DNA of 61,249 bases, counting the filler, from Globobulimina sp. (Eukaryota): NCBI GenBank assembly GCA_003354225.1. It is 21 parts of 21 records of this genome, joined end to end, with 100 filler letters (N's around TTAATTAATTAA, not from the genome) between each part and the next. Parts side by side here need not be neighbours in the genome. Positions count along the whole stretch, not along the records: positions 23,384 to 26,205 come from PIVH01004741.1; positions 26,306 to 29,127 come from PIVH01004742.1; positions 29,228 to 32,048 come from PIVH01004743.1; positions 32,149 to 34,969 come from PIVH01004744.1; positions 35,070 to 37,890 come from PIVH01004745.1; 16 more parts are not named here. One strand, given 5' to 3'. The notes beneath the pieces are model-generated. The model was given only the letters and a program-made list of their open reading frames with translations. It was not told the DNA's origin and did not search any database. The position numbers were made by a program, and so were the translations under genes. The first letter of the stretch is position 1. Each line of letters begins with the position of its first letter. Positions 23,810 through 35,670 of this stretch are shown here, piece by piece.

Positions 23810-24466
23810 CTATTTAGCATTGCAGTTGAATCTATGTTGGCATTTCCACGAAATCTTTTGACAATGCCTACTGCAGTAACGCACGCGTTTGCAGTTTGAA
23901 CATAACTTTAAAATGACACATTTTGCATCACAACGATCACAATATTTGCGTTTTCTTACGTTCTTTTTAGCGGTGTATATCGTCGGTATGCCATTATTTT
24001 TTTATTGTTGGTTTATTTTTAACCATGGAATGATAACATTTGATTTTTTTAATTCATTCTCCCACCATAACTTCATGGACGATGAGATAAAAAACATATG
24101 TCCAGGTTGGATATTTGTATTATTTCCAAACATATTTAATGAAAATGTATCTGATGTGGTAGTGTTTACTAATATAACTTGTCCGTCTGCTGTTGAACTG
24201 TTCCGATCATAAACTAATGTTAAAAATCGTTCTGCAGTGACAACATTAATAATTGCGACAAGTTTGCTTGTCTTCATATCCATCACCATTTCACCGAATT
24301 GACCGAAACCACCTATTAATATTTTACCCAATCTAGTTGCGAATGCGTTAGTTTTGAACACCAGAGATTTTGTGAGTTTTGTATCTGGAATCAAAACAAA
24401 TCCAACATTCTGATAACAATTTGGTAATCCTATAATGCGACTATTCGTTTTCCAAACGTTGGACAT
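23810..24466 (-). pseudogene. MYND zinc-finger protein interrupted by one in-frame TAA
   Basis: After TAA 24004-24002 the same frame continues 'KNNG...YCDRC...KLCSNCKRVRYCSRHCQKISWKCQHRFNC' to TAG 23812-23810. Confidence 0.75.
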
Positions 24467-24709
24467 TTGTGGATATTTTTCTAAAAATTACGATCGAGAA
24501 TGATGATGATATAAATAACATAAAATTATGTATAATAAATTCATAATCGAATATTTATAGCTGTTAAATTGTTATATAATCACTCAATGATTTTGTTATC
24601 ACTTCATCTTGAGGTTGCATCTTTCTTTTCACCGCTTTCAACAACCTTCGCATTATCTGAACAAGAGTGAGTTGTAGTTTTAAAGCTAAAGTTTTGGGAA
24701 CGAGTGACC

Positions 24710-25963
24710 ATGTCAGGCTCAACTGGTACATTTAAATGGAAAATCAAGGCTAAACTATTAACCAATGTTGATGAATGGGAAAGTGAAACATTTACAATAT
24801 CAAATTTGCAATTTACACTGGATGTGTATCCAAATAATGATGATGAAGCAAAGAACTCGTTCCAATGGTACGTGACATTAAAACCATGGCCATCTGGAAC
24901 AGAATCGATTGTATTATGTGTATCTCAATTTTGTAAAGAAACAATGCTGAGCCATACAGCCATTGTCACATACACTGAAAATGATAATAGCCACGGATTG
25001 CCTGACAATGCATTATTACCGTCAGAATTAAACAAAAATATGAAATCTTTAACCATTGGCGCACGCATTAATATATTATCAATAAAATATAAACAATCAT
25101 CATTATATTTCAATAAAATATCAAATAATGTCAATATTAATAATATAAATTATAAAAAACAGCGTACAATTTCATGGAATATCAATAATAAATTATTAAC
25201 ACAATGGAAATGTGCTCATATTGGAAAACCGTTTGAAAGTAAAATATTTGATAATCAGTGGTTGATTACATGTTATCCTAATGGTGAGGATGAAGATTAT
25301 GAGGGATATTTGAGTGTATTCCTTCAATTATGTGCATTACCAACAACCATAAAACAAATCAAAGTAAACTACAAAATAAAACTACAAACAAATGATGAGT
25401 ACAAAAAAATGTATACAATACTCGACGATTTGGATGATTCTGCAGATTTTAGTTATAATACTAGTAATTCCAGTTGGGGCACTGGGAAATTTATGAAATC
25501 TTCAAAAATGAACACTTATAAATCATTGAAATTGATAGCAACTATTGATATCATAGAAGAAGAAAGGAACGTTAATCAAATTAATCAACAAACAGATATT
25601 TTGAATGCAAAAATTGTCTCATTGACAAAAGATATATCACATTTACAAAGGGTTCATCACCGTGATACTAATAAACTGAGAAAGCAAAATAAATCACAGA
25701 TAGATTTATTACAAATAATACAATTACAAAATGATAATATTCGTAATATTGATCATGATGAACTGAGAAAAAACATTAAATCTGAAATAGAGTTTTTAAA
25801 AAATGACAATAAGAAATTAAAACAGAACATTAAAACATTAATGACGCAACAAAATGATCATATTCATAATATCGATGAACTGAGAAAAAGCAATAAATCT
25901 GAAATACAGTTAATAAAAAATGATTTTGTTACATTATCCAATTTATTTAATCAACAATGCTGA
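24710..25963 (+). CDS. Tandem MATH/TRAF-domain protein with coiled-coil tail
   Basis: Two MATH units: 'FKWKI...ESETF...LDVYPN' and 'ISWNI...FESKIF...WLITCYPNG...GYLSVFLQL...SWGTGKF'. The tail has repeated 'DELRK..KSEI' heptads. Confidence 0.85.
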   Translation: MSGSTGTFKWKIKAKLLTNVDEWESETFTISNLQFTLDVYPNNDDEAKNSFQWYVTLKPWPSGTESIVLCVSQFCKETMLSHTAIVTYTENDNSHGLPDNALLPSELNKNMKSLTIGARINILSIKYKQSSLYFNKISNNVNINNINYKKQRTISWNINNKLLTQWKCAHIGKPFESKIFDNQWLITCYPNGEDEDYEGYLSVFLQLCALPTTIKQIKVNYKIKLQTNDEYKKMYTILDDLDDSADFSYNTSNSSWGTGKFMKSSKMNTYKSLKLIATIDIIEEERNVNQINQQTDILNAKIVSLTKDISHLQRVHHRDTNKLRKQNKSQIDLLQIIQLQNDNIRNIDHDELRKNIKSEIEFLKNDNKKLKQNIKTLMTQQNDHIHNIDELRKSNKSEIQLIKNDFVTLSNLFNQQC

Positions 25964-26205
25964 GTGATACAGCCATTGACACATACACTGAAAATGATAA
26001 TAGTTACTGTCAGAATTAAACAAAAATATGAAATCTTTAACCATTGGCGCACGCATTAATATATTATCAATAAAATATAGACAATCATCATTATATTTCA
26101 ATAAAATATTAAATAATATCAATATTAATAATATAAATTATAAAAAAAAGCATACAATTTCATGGAATATTAATAATAAATTATTAACACAATGGAAATG
26201 TGCTC
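25953..26205 (+). pseudogene. Diverged partial duplicate of MATH gene segment 24940-25217
   Basis: Near-identical copy with point changes and a 25-nt deletion (CCACGG...GCATTA). Confidence 0.88.
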
Positions 26206-26305
26206 NNNNNNNNNNNNNNNNNNNNNNNNNNNNNNNNNNNNNNNNNNNNTTAATTAATTAANNNNNNNNNNNNNNNNNNNNNNNNNNNNNNNNNNNNNNN
26301 NNNNN

Positions 26306-27128
26306 CAATAAAAGAATCAAGATTGAAGCGAGAGCAAAAAAAAAATTGTTGTTAAAGCAAGAAAAATGTAATCAATTAATTGAAAAGGGTTTAAATCGAC
26401 TCGCTTGCAAGGAACATGCGGAAAAAAAGGTTTTTGACTCAAAATTAAAAACTTTGCATGTTAGAATTAATGAGATCAAACAAGTCAGAAATGATGAATT
26501 GTCGCAGTATAAATTATTACAAGAAAAAGAAAATGAAGAAAAGAAATCTGAAGAAATGGAACAAGAAATAAAATGGAATGAACATAGAAATCTTCAAAAA
26601 AGTAAATTAAATGAATATTATCAGGATAAAATAAGTAAACTTGAAATTATAGATTCTGCAAAAAATCAGCAAAGAGAAATAGAAAAAGTAAAAACGAGAG
26701 AATTAAACAGAATGAATAAGAAAAGAGTGGAATACAGAGACATTAAACGGAATGAAAAGATTTTAATACAGAAAGAGTTAATGTTGAAGAACGAAGAAGA
26801 GATTGCAATGAAAGAGTTGAGATTATCTCACTTAAGAATGAATGTTGAAAAACAGTTAAATCATAATAATATTGATGATAAGTGCGGAGTATTAAAACCT
26901 ACACAAAATACACTAAACAAAAGTAATAATATGGATGAAATGGCAGTTAATATGTTTCCAAATCATGGTTATTCCGATAAGCAGTTGTTTAAAGATCCGA
27001 AATTTGTTTTGATGAGTCACTTACTATCGAACAATTTACATAAAAATAAATATGCAAAGGAATGTATGAAAAATACTGAGGGCATTGTAAAACCAAGAAA
27101 AGATTGTAACCATTTTGACATATTTTAA
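26306..27128 (+). CDS. CCDC148-like coiled-coil protein C-terminus (5' partial)
   Basis: Long coiled coil followed by 'GYSDKQLFKDPKF...NLHKNKYAKE...KPRKD', which resembles the CCDC148 C-terminal motif. Confidence 0.65.
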
Positions 27129-27273
27129 TGTGTATTTAATAGCTATAGAGTTTGTCTATTTGTGCTAGCTCTGTAATTTTGTTGGTACAAAGACCATCGA
27201 TCCGGCAAACTGGCAAACCTTTGATAATTTTTACCTTCGTCAGCTGTCCCTTGAAAAAAAAAAACAATATCTC

Positions 27274-28155
27274 ATGAGAGCTTACCATCCGTCAAAGTCA
27301 AAATCAAAGAATGAAAGTTCTAATTCATCATCGACATCGATGAAGCAAGCATGCACAATGAATAACGAACATGATTACATGTCCATGGGTTTTATTGTCA
27401 ATGCCCACTCATTTGATAAAAGCAGAAAACAATCGAATAAACGGAAACGTGCACTATTTACGGAAACTAAGCATAAATTTGAGCCACAAGCAAAGAAATT
27501 AAAAATTAGAATGGAAGAAGAAAGAGACAAAGGTTTATCAAAACCAATTGGACGGAACAACATTGGATTTAAGTTATTATCAAAAATGGGATATAAAAAT
27601 GGTATGATTATTGGTAAAAATAAGAATGATGAAAATAAGCAGATTGTTTTAAAGGAACCGATTCGGCTCAAAATAAGAGATAAAAAGAGCGGCGTTGGTG
27701 TTCCTGAAATGAAACAAAGAAAAGTGAGTGCACTCAGAAAATCAATCAAAATGCAACATGTACGGCGAGATGATTTATTTCAGCAATCAATAAGGCACAA
27801 ATCACAAAAGAGACAATTTATTAAAGACATAAAGCAATCCATTATAATTTGTGAGAATTTGGACACTCAAAATAATGTAAATTTACACAATCCAATTTGG
27901 TACAAATCAAACGAATGCAAAGTCGAAGAGAACAATTGCAATGAGTATGAAATGTGTAACGATATTGATATTGATGAATTTGAGGTATTGTCATTGGTAG
28001 AATGTAAAAATAAATTGGAAAATATATTGCTATATTTGAGAGCTACGCATTTATATTGTTTTTGGTGTGGTATACAATATAAAGATAAGGATAAAATGAA
28101 TGAGCTATGTCCTGGGAATGATAAAAGTTTGCATGATTCACTGACGGACTTTTGA
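27274..28155 (+). CDS. GPATCH11: G-patch domain protein 11-like
   Basis: 'DYMSM', G-patch 'NNIGFKLLSKMGYKNG..IGK...GVG', and C-terminal 'YLRATHLYCFWCG..Y....M...CPG'. Confidence 0.88.
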   Translation: MRAYHPSKSKSKNESSNSSSTSMKQACTMNNEHDYMSMGFIVNAHSFDKSRKQSNKRKRALFTETKHKFEPQAKKLKIRMEEERDKGLSKPIGRNNIGFKLLSKMGYKNGMIIGKNKNDENKQIVLKEPIRLKIRDKKSGVGVPEMKQRKVSALRKSIKMQHVRRDDLFQQSIRHKSQKRQFIKDIKQSIIICENLDTQNNVNLHNPIWYKSNECKVEENNCNEYEMCNDIDIDEFEVLSLVECKNKLENILLYLRATHLYCFWCGIQYKDKDKMNELCPGNDKSLHDSLTDF

Positions 28156-28489
28156 AATGAAACTTATTTAAAGTGCAAGGATAGCAGTTGTGTTTTTTAG
28201 TAAAAACTGTAAACATCATCTTAAACTAAATCCGAACACAAAAAAATAAGAACGTTGCTAATTTTCATTGTGGTGGTCGGACTTCAACTTTTGGCGTTGA
28301 TTGCTCACCACAACGAGTAAACAAAGAATACAAACAAAAATGGTGTATGATGCGTCGGTCATGACTTCATGGACGGTCCGTTTGTAAAATAATTCAAATT
28401 ATCGATAACATGCACACTATTTGTGACAAGCAAAACAAATTAAATTGCATTGTATGTCACATAAATACGAAAACATGCTCAAATTTTTA

Positions 28490-29127
28490 TTAATACCAAC
28501 GTTTGAAGCTCCTTTTTTTCTTTTTTGAAGTTGCTTTTTTTTTCTTTTTATTTTTATTGTGATGATATGTATTCATTTTTGTCCAATCCATTTCGCCAAA
28601 AAAATTAATCATTTTCCAATCATCTTTTGTATATTCGCCAATATTATAAAACACAGATTCGTTTTCAGAACATGTAATTTCTTTTTCTTTATAAAATATA
28701 TAACTCGGAATATATGATTTTATATCTTTTACAATATCTGAATATAATCTATTTCTTTTGTACAGTGATTGTCCATAATATGATATTCCATGATTACTAT
28801 TTTTATTTGATACAATCTGAGGAATTATTACTTGATTTTCTTTCTTCAATCGAGCTAAATCAGGCAATTTTAAATCCGCTGATACCAAAACAATGAATGA
28901 TTGATAACCGACATATTGCAATAAAAAATCATACATCACCCATAAATTAGGAATAATTTGAAATAATACATCTTTTAAAAGAATATTTTTATTATGATGA
29001 CAGAATGATAGCTCCCAACAACTATCATAATCATAATAATAATAAGATTTATTATTATATGATATCGATTTTTTTTTGTATAATTGGGAAGATTTAATTC
29101 CTTGAAATGCATTCAATATTTCATTAT
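28490..29127 (-). CDS. Hypothetical protein with basic C-terminal tail (5' partial)
   Basis: ORF of more than 200 aa ending in a K/R cluster. No family recognised. Confidence 0.45.
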
Positions 29128-29227
29128 NNNNNNNNNNNNNNNNNNNNNNNNNNNNNNNNNNNNNNNNNNNNTTAATTAATTAANNNNNNNNNNNNNNNNN
29201 NNNNNNNNNNNNNNNNNNNNNNNNNNN

Positions 29228-30755
29228 CAACACGCACCGCATATGAAGAGCACGCAATCGCAGTCCCAGTCGCATCCCTATGCACATGCACAGGCACAGG
29301 CCCATAATATGGAGAGTAGTATGGATTCATTGGATGGCGGCAACCACCATCGCGATTATGGCACTGCGTCGTACGACCCGTCCTTTGCGTATCCAGACGC
29401 AATGTACGATGACGAGTTGTTGCCCAAGCTCGCGTCTGGTGCCGTCGAGTCTGGCTTTTGTGAGATTATCATCCCGAACAGCGTGGTGGGCCTCATCATC
29501 GGCAAAAATGCGTCCAATGTGAAGGCGATGAAGGACCGGACGCGGTGCGATATTCGCGTGCAGAAAGACGAGGAGACCTTACCGCAGGCGGACACACGGT
29601 TGGTGGCGTTGCGAGGCTGTGTGCAATCGCTGAAAGCCGCGAGACAGGAAATTGCCAAAGTTATTCATGTATGTCTTATGTTACGTAGTGTATGCTCGAA
29701 TATTATGATGAATGTTTATAGCACCACTGTTGGAGCTGAGATAGATTATTTTTCTGCGCATTTTAGTATAGTTGAATTATAACCTTTTTGTGGAGGTTAC
29801 ACACAATTTTTGTGGTTAATCTTTGTTATATTTGACGGTCTATCTCGGCGATGAGTTGTGAGTGCGCAGGGGCTCTGATATATGTTTTGTTTTTGTTTGA
29901 TCGATGCTGTTTTGTATGCTTTGTGTGTGACATTATGTGTGTTTTTGACAGATGGCAAATGCGCAAAAACAAGGCGCAACCATAGCGAGTATGCAGCAGC
30001 AGAATTATCACCAAATAATGTACCAACAGCAGATGATGTATCAGCAACAGCAACAGCAACAGCAGCAACAACAAATGATGTATCAGCAGCAACTGGGATA
30101 TACACATCCGTATTCACAGCAATATCCACAACAAATGTATACGCCGCAACAGGCCGGAATGGATAGCAATACACAGCAAATGCAGCCGGCTGGATATTAT
30201 CAACAACCATGGCAAGCACAGCAAGCTCCGCCTCCGCCACCGCCGCCGCCAAATGATAAGCAAACTGAGAGCAATGAAGCACCACAGGACGAGAAAGGAA
30301 AAGGTGAGGAAAATGATAGCGTTGCTGTATCAGCACCAAATACCAACAAAACAGAGGAGAAAACTGATAAAACACCGGACAAAGATGGGGGAGATGATGA
30401 TGGTGGCGGTGGCAGCGAGAATGCACAGACAGTACAGCAACAGCAATATGCAAAAATGTTGGAGTCGTATGGATGGACAGCACAACAAATTACAGCGTAC
30501 CAACAATATCCTCAGTATTATCAACAATATTATCAGCAATACGCACAGCAATATCCTCAGTATGCGCAGCAATATCAAGCTGCGATGCAACAAAAAATGC
30601 AATCTCAACCGGCACCGCCTCCACCACCGCCTACAACGGAGGATAACGGGAATAAAGCAAATATGAATGATAGTGATGTGAATAAGGATGACTCGTCTGG
30701 TCAAACGCAGACAACTGTAATGGAATCAAATGAAAATAATAATGAGACTCAATAA
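29228..30755 (+). CDS. KH-domain RNA-binding protein (FUBP-like) with Q/Y/P-rich tail (5' partial)
   Basis: KH domain 'IIIPNSVVGLIIGKNASNVKAMKDRTRCDIRV...LRG....ARQEI'. Phase-0 intron 29669-29951. Confidence 0.85.
29700..29883 (+). ncRNA. Candidate intronic box C/D snoRNA guiding 2'-O-methylation of U6 snRNA (C62 equivalent)
   Basis: Box C ATGATGA 29705-29711, D' CTGA 29736-29739, C'-like CGATGA about 29849 and box D CTGA 29875-29878. The guide TGCGCAGGGGC (29863-29873) is complementary to the conserved U6 sequence GCCCCUGCGCA. Confidence 0.75.
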
Positions 30756-31180
30756 CATTTGTTGAATTTTGAGTGGTGAATTATTTATTTTTTTCATTGA
30801 GTTTAAAATTCTCTCAAATGTTATTAACCTAATTATAAATTTTTGTTGTTCTTGCAATGGTGGTCGCTACTGTAGTACTAGTTCAATAAATATCATGTTT
30901 CTAAATAATCGAAGAATCAGGTTTTCATCGTCATATTTTTATTGCGGAACGGTCGAAGCAAAAAGCATGTATAAAGCATGACAACACCTACAAACCGTAC
31001 AACCACTCAAGATGGTTTATAAAGTAGTAACATCAAGAAATGAAACGACATTTTGAAAAGGCACAGAACACACAAATAGATTTACGTTAACCACCGCCAA
31101 CAAAAAAACAAAAGTTATCAGCGAATATTAATGTCAGCAATGTTAATAATTCCAGCACTTTACCGATATCGATAACGGAT

Positions 31181-32048
31181 GTGCCAGAAACATATGACGA
31201 TGAATTTGAATTTGATCAAGATAACGAGTCTAATTGGAGTGACTGTGATGTTCGTTTTACTGATTCAGATGTTTCATTGTCAAACAAACCAATTGCACGA
31301 ACACCATCTACTCTGACAACTCAATATTGGCTATGTATACAATGCAAGGAACTTAACAGTTAAATTAATAAATTATCATAATGAAATTATCAATAATAAC
31401 ACTATATACATAATACACCACAGATTTAAAAGATACATTCAGTAAATATGATATGAAATGTTTTCGTTGTGATTGTCGCTATAATATTAAATCAAAAGTA
31501 ATATCATTACAATGTGATGCACAACAAAGTGAACAAACAGCATGGAAATGTACACAATGCACATTCTGCAATACAACCAATATAAATCAATGTGAAATGT
31601 GTCAAGCTGACAAATTAATAAATAATGAATCTGAGCCAGTGGCCCCATTCAAAAAGAAATATTGTGATGAATATTCAACCAGTTTAGTTCGTGGATATTT
31701 AAGAGCGTTATGTCCATTCAACTCAACAATACCAGAGATTTTATCTATTGTAGTTTTAAAATTTTATCAATTTTGTAATTTCTGGAACGTGCTATATTTA
31801 AAAAGTTGGGATTTTGAGGAAGCCGGTTCTGAGAATGGACATATTATGTATGATAAAAGCACATTGATATTGAAACATTTACTCACGAATGAAACACATT
31901 GGGTTCATGCATATTCCTCGCAAAGAGTAGAATATTTAGGTGATTATTCATGGACATTACAAATACAAAATATTGGAAACGTTGCTGAAATCACAGATAC
32001 TGCAGTTTGCTGGATTGGTGTCGTTGAATCTGACCATAGGTTGGGAAT
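31181..32048 (+). CDS. RanBP2-type zinc finger protein with SPRY-like C-terminal region (start uncertain, 3' partial)
   Basis: 'WLCIQCKELN|...CFRC' across intron 31359-31423, 'WKCTQCTFCN....CEMC', and 'YSWTLQI...WIGVV'. Confidence 0.65.
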
Positions 32049-32148
32049 NNNNNNNNNNNNNNNNNNNNNNNNNNNNNNNNNNNNNNNNNNNNTTAATTAA
32101 TTAANNNNNNNNNNNNNNNNNNNNNNNNNNNNNNNNNNNNNNNNNNNN

Positions 32149-32848
32149 CTTTTTCAAACACTTTGGCGAGGCCAAAGTCGGCGATTTTAAGCTGAAAATT
32201 TGCGTCCAACAATAAATTCTGAGGTTTAATGTCTCGATGACAGATCCCGGCACCGTGACATGCCTCGATGCCATCCATTAACTGTTTAAAATAGGTTCTC
32301 GCGATTTTTTCAGTCAAAGCCGAGGTATAATACAAGATATCAAATAATTCGCCACCGGGTAAATATTCTAAGACTAATAATACCGACGGTATAATTAGAC
32401 CATCCTTTTGTGGATATTTTGCATTTAAATTATATGCCAATAATTGTAAGACATGTTTATCTTTAATTTGTCTTAATGCTTCAATCTCGTTTTGGATTTG
32501 TTTGGATTGCGATGCAGTCCAATCCCCTTTGGCTTTGGACGTGAATTTTAATGCTACGACACGTCCGTCTTTACGATCATACCCTTTTTTGACCCACGAA
32601 TAGCCGCCTTTTCCTAATGTTTCACCTAAAAACCAACGACCCACTTTTCGGTTTTTTGATACCATTCGACCACCTTTTTTGGATTTATGTTGCCGGCTTT
32701 CTGCATGTTGTCCTCGATGTCTTTGTTTATTATGTCCTCGATGTCGTTGTTTCTGACCACGATGTTGTTGTTGTTGTGCGGCTTGTTGTTGTACGATTTG
32801 CTGTTGTTGTTGTTGATAATGTTGCTGTTGATAATTTTGATCCATCAT
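32149..32848 (-). CDS. CAMK/SNF1-like Ser/Thr kinase with polyQ N-terminus (3' partial)
   Basis: GKGGYS, VALK, GGELFD, HRDIKPQNLLLD, KIADFGLA. Confidence 0.92.
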
Positions 32849-33543
32849 TTTGAATTGACAAGATTAAGCTACGATGTTTTCAAGTAAGGTACACTTTCAT
32901 CTTAATCTAGGCTTGCTTGTATCAGGTTCTAAAAGGAAAGACTTCAATTCCTCGATATGACAAAGTTAGATTTATCGGTTTGAAAAGTCATGCGAATAAA
33001 AAGGAAGAAAATATCATAGGATTTTTATGGAACATTAATTGATAATTAAATCACGGAATGATTGGTTGTTATTTTATGTGGCATATTCCCGCCTTTTCGC
33101 ACAGCAAATTTGTGTTTCCTGTGGAAATAATAAAACAGATAAAATGTATCCATCATATTATTGGTTGAATAAACTTGTTTTGCAAGGATCGATATTTTAT
33201 TTAAAATTTTTAAAATGATATTTGCGCATATTAAAATGCTGCATTTTTTTAAACAATGAACCTGTGAAATTTTTAAATAACTCCGCGAATATTGATTTTC
33301 AGAGATTGAAAATAGCCCCATTGGAATCAGCGTGATCCATTATTCGATACCATCTGAACTTTTTTTATCCAAACCGGGATTTTCAAGTTTTTTCTTTTTC
33401 CACTTCAAAAAATAACTTTGCTTCTTAGTTAAGAATGAAGCACACGTCCAAAAAATCTTGTATGTTGCGTGCATTAATTAAAAATTAAATTGTAACTAAT
33501 AAATGATAAAATAAAATAAAATAAATAAAATAATACAGTCGCA

Positions 33544-34969
33544 ATGCTTGGGTTGGATGATAATGAGGAAAATGAATTGCCGGAAGAATACAAACAAGGG
33601 CTTTATTATCCGACAGAGCTAAAAAATAATGAATTAGACTCATTTTCAATGAGAGAGTTATATAACATACATTTAGGAGTACACAATAAAGACAGAGGTA
33701 TCAATGGAAACGGCCATGGACCGAGTTCGACTTCATTTTTTAATTCGGCCTCGGCAATGACCACAATAAGAACCATTGACATAGCAGCAAACCCAAACAA
33801 TCAATCACTATCCGGCAGTGGTAGTGGTAGTGACGAAAAAGAGAGAAAAAGCGACATTATGGCTTGTGAAGGGGATTTTTATCAGTTAGTCTTCGATATA
33901 AAACATTGCATATTCAAAGCAGGCAATGACACAAAATTATTATTTTCAATCTATGACTATACCGATAATCGCATAATATCTGAAGAATATTGCCTTCATT
34001 TATCGGGAAATAATTTCCCCAAAGTCGGATCCCCCGAAGATTGCAAAGTATTATTTAAAAACTTGTCGTATGACGTATTGCAGCACGACATCTATATAAC
34101 ATGTCGTATTTATCGCATTGGGCCCATGGAAGCGCCCGATGTTATGAGCTCTAAACAACAAAAAAAAAGTGATAAAAAAAATAAAAGCGGTTCAAAAGCA
34201 GGGAATGAAATTGTTCGGCCTTATGCTTCCACAGTAATCCCGTTAAGGGATCATATAAATAAATTATTTTCATGTTTAGGGGAAGAGGTCAAATTTGAGC
34301 CAGGCACAGCGCCTATTTGTTGTCCAAGAGACGAATCGAATTTTATCCCATTAATCTTTGACTTAATTAAAAAAGAGAAGCAAAACCAACATTATATCGC
34401 ACCGTTATCCATTGGTATCGCTCACGGATTAATATTATACCGAGGCGGGGTGGAAGTGGTTGAAAAGAATTACTCTTTTTATGATAAATTAACCGAAGTG
34501 GAGACAGTGGATATTGACCCAACATTGCACATTGATCGCCACATATTGTACGTGACCATTCGCGACGTTCACGTGAACCAAAGGAACAAGAGAGCGGCCT
34601 GCAATGTCTGTATAAAGATGCAATTACGCGACAATAACACATACAAAGCCTTGCCTGGCTCCATGATGTTGGGCAAAGGCAAAATGGCCGTCCCAACCTC
34701 TGAGACCGTATCGCCTGTCTATTACCACAACAATGACCCACTTATCAATCAAACCTATCATATACTGATCCCATCAAACATTGATGTCTTATCCAACTGC
34801 CATTTATACTTTACATTATGGCACATTCCGGCCACGAATAAGAAACCAGACGAGCGAGGTTTTGCTTATATTAAATTATTCCATAACAAATTAAAACAAT
34901 TAACTGCTGACAACGAATATGAGCTACCTCTATATCGACATGTTAAATCGACACAAAATATGTATCTCG
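33544..34969 (+). CDS. DOCK: DOCK-family Rho GEF: N-terminal region and C2/DHR-1 domain (partial)
   Basis: 'LGLD', 'LLFSIYD...ISEEY', 'IYRIGPM', 'RPYA', 'LYVTI', 'SPVYYHNNDP', 'HLYFTLWH', 'FAYIKL'. Confidence 0.82.
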
Positions 34970-35069
34970 NNNNNNNNNNNNNNNNNNNNNNNNNNNNNNN
35001 NNNNNNNNNNNNNTTAATTAATTAANNNNNNNNNNNNNNNNNNNNNNNNNNNNNNNNNNNNNNNNNNNN

Positions 35070-35437
35070 ATTGCCGGGTCCATAGAGAAGAGAGACCATT
35101 TAAATGCAATGAATGTCATAAAGGATTTAAACGAAAGGGTGGTTTAACAAAACATATGCTCGTTCATAATGATAGTAAACCATTTAAATGCAATCAATGT
35201 AATAAAAGATTTAAAAGAAATTATAGTTTGGAAGTACATTATCGAACACATTCAGGTGAAAGGCCCTATAAATGTGATATTTGTGGTAAAGCATTCACAC
35301 AAAACAGTTTTTTGAAGACGCATAAAAGAACCCATTCGGGAGAGAAACAACACAAATGTTCAAAATGCAATAAAACATTTACAACCAACAAACATAAAAA
35401 AAACATCAACAACAATATACAAAATAATTTTCCTTGA
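35070..35437 (+). CDS. C2H2 zinc-finger array protein C-terminus (5' partial)
   Basis: Tandem CxxC...HxxxH fingers with HSGERPY-type linkers. Confidence 0.92.
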
Positions 35438-35670
35438 CTTCGATTTACTATTTCTATTTTGCAGATTATTGTTTTTGTTTTTGTTTCTTGTGTTTGGTTT
35501 CGGATTTTCTTTCTTTTATTGTGATCGAAGGCCTTTGCTAAGTCCAATAGGCCGACACCACCAAAACCCCACAAATCTCAAAAATCACAAGAATACTAAA
35601 ATTTTAGTATTCTTGGTTATCACGACACTGTTTTTATTCAAACTTGAGTTTTGTACTAAATTAAACGACC

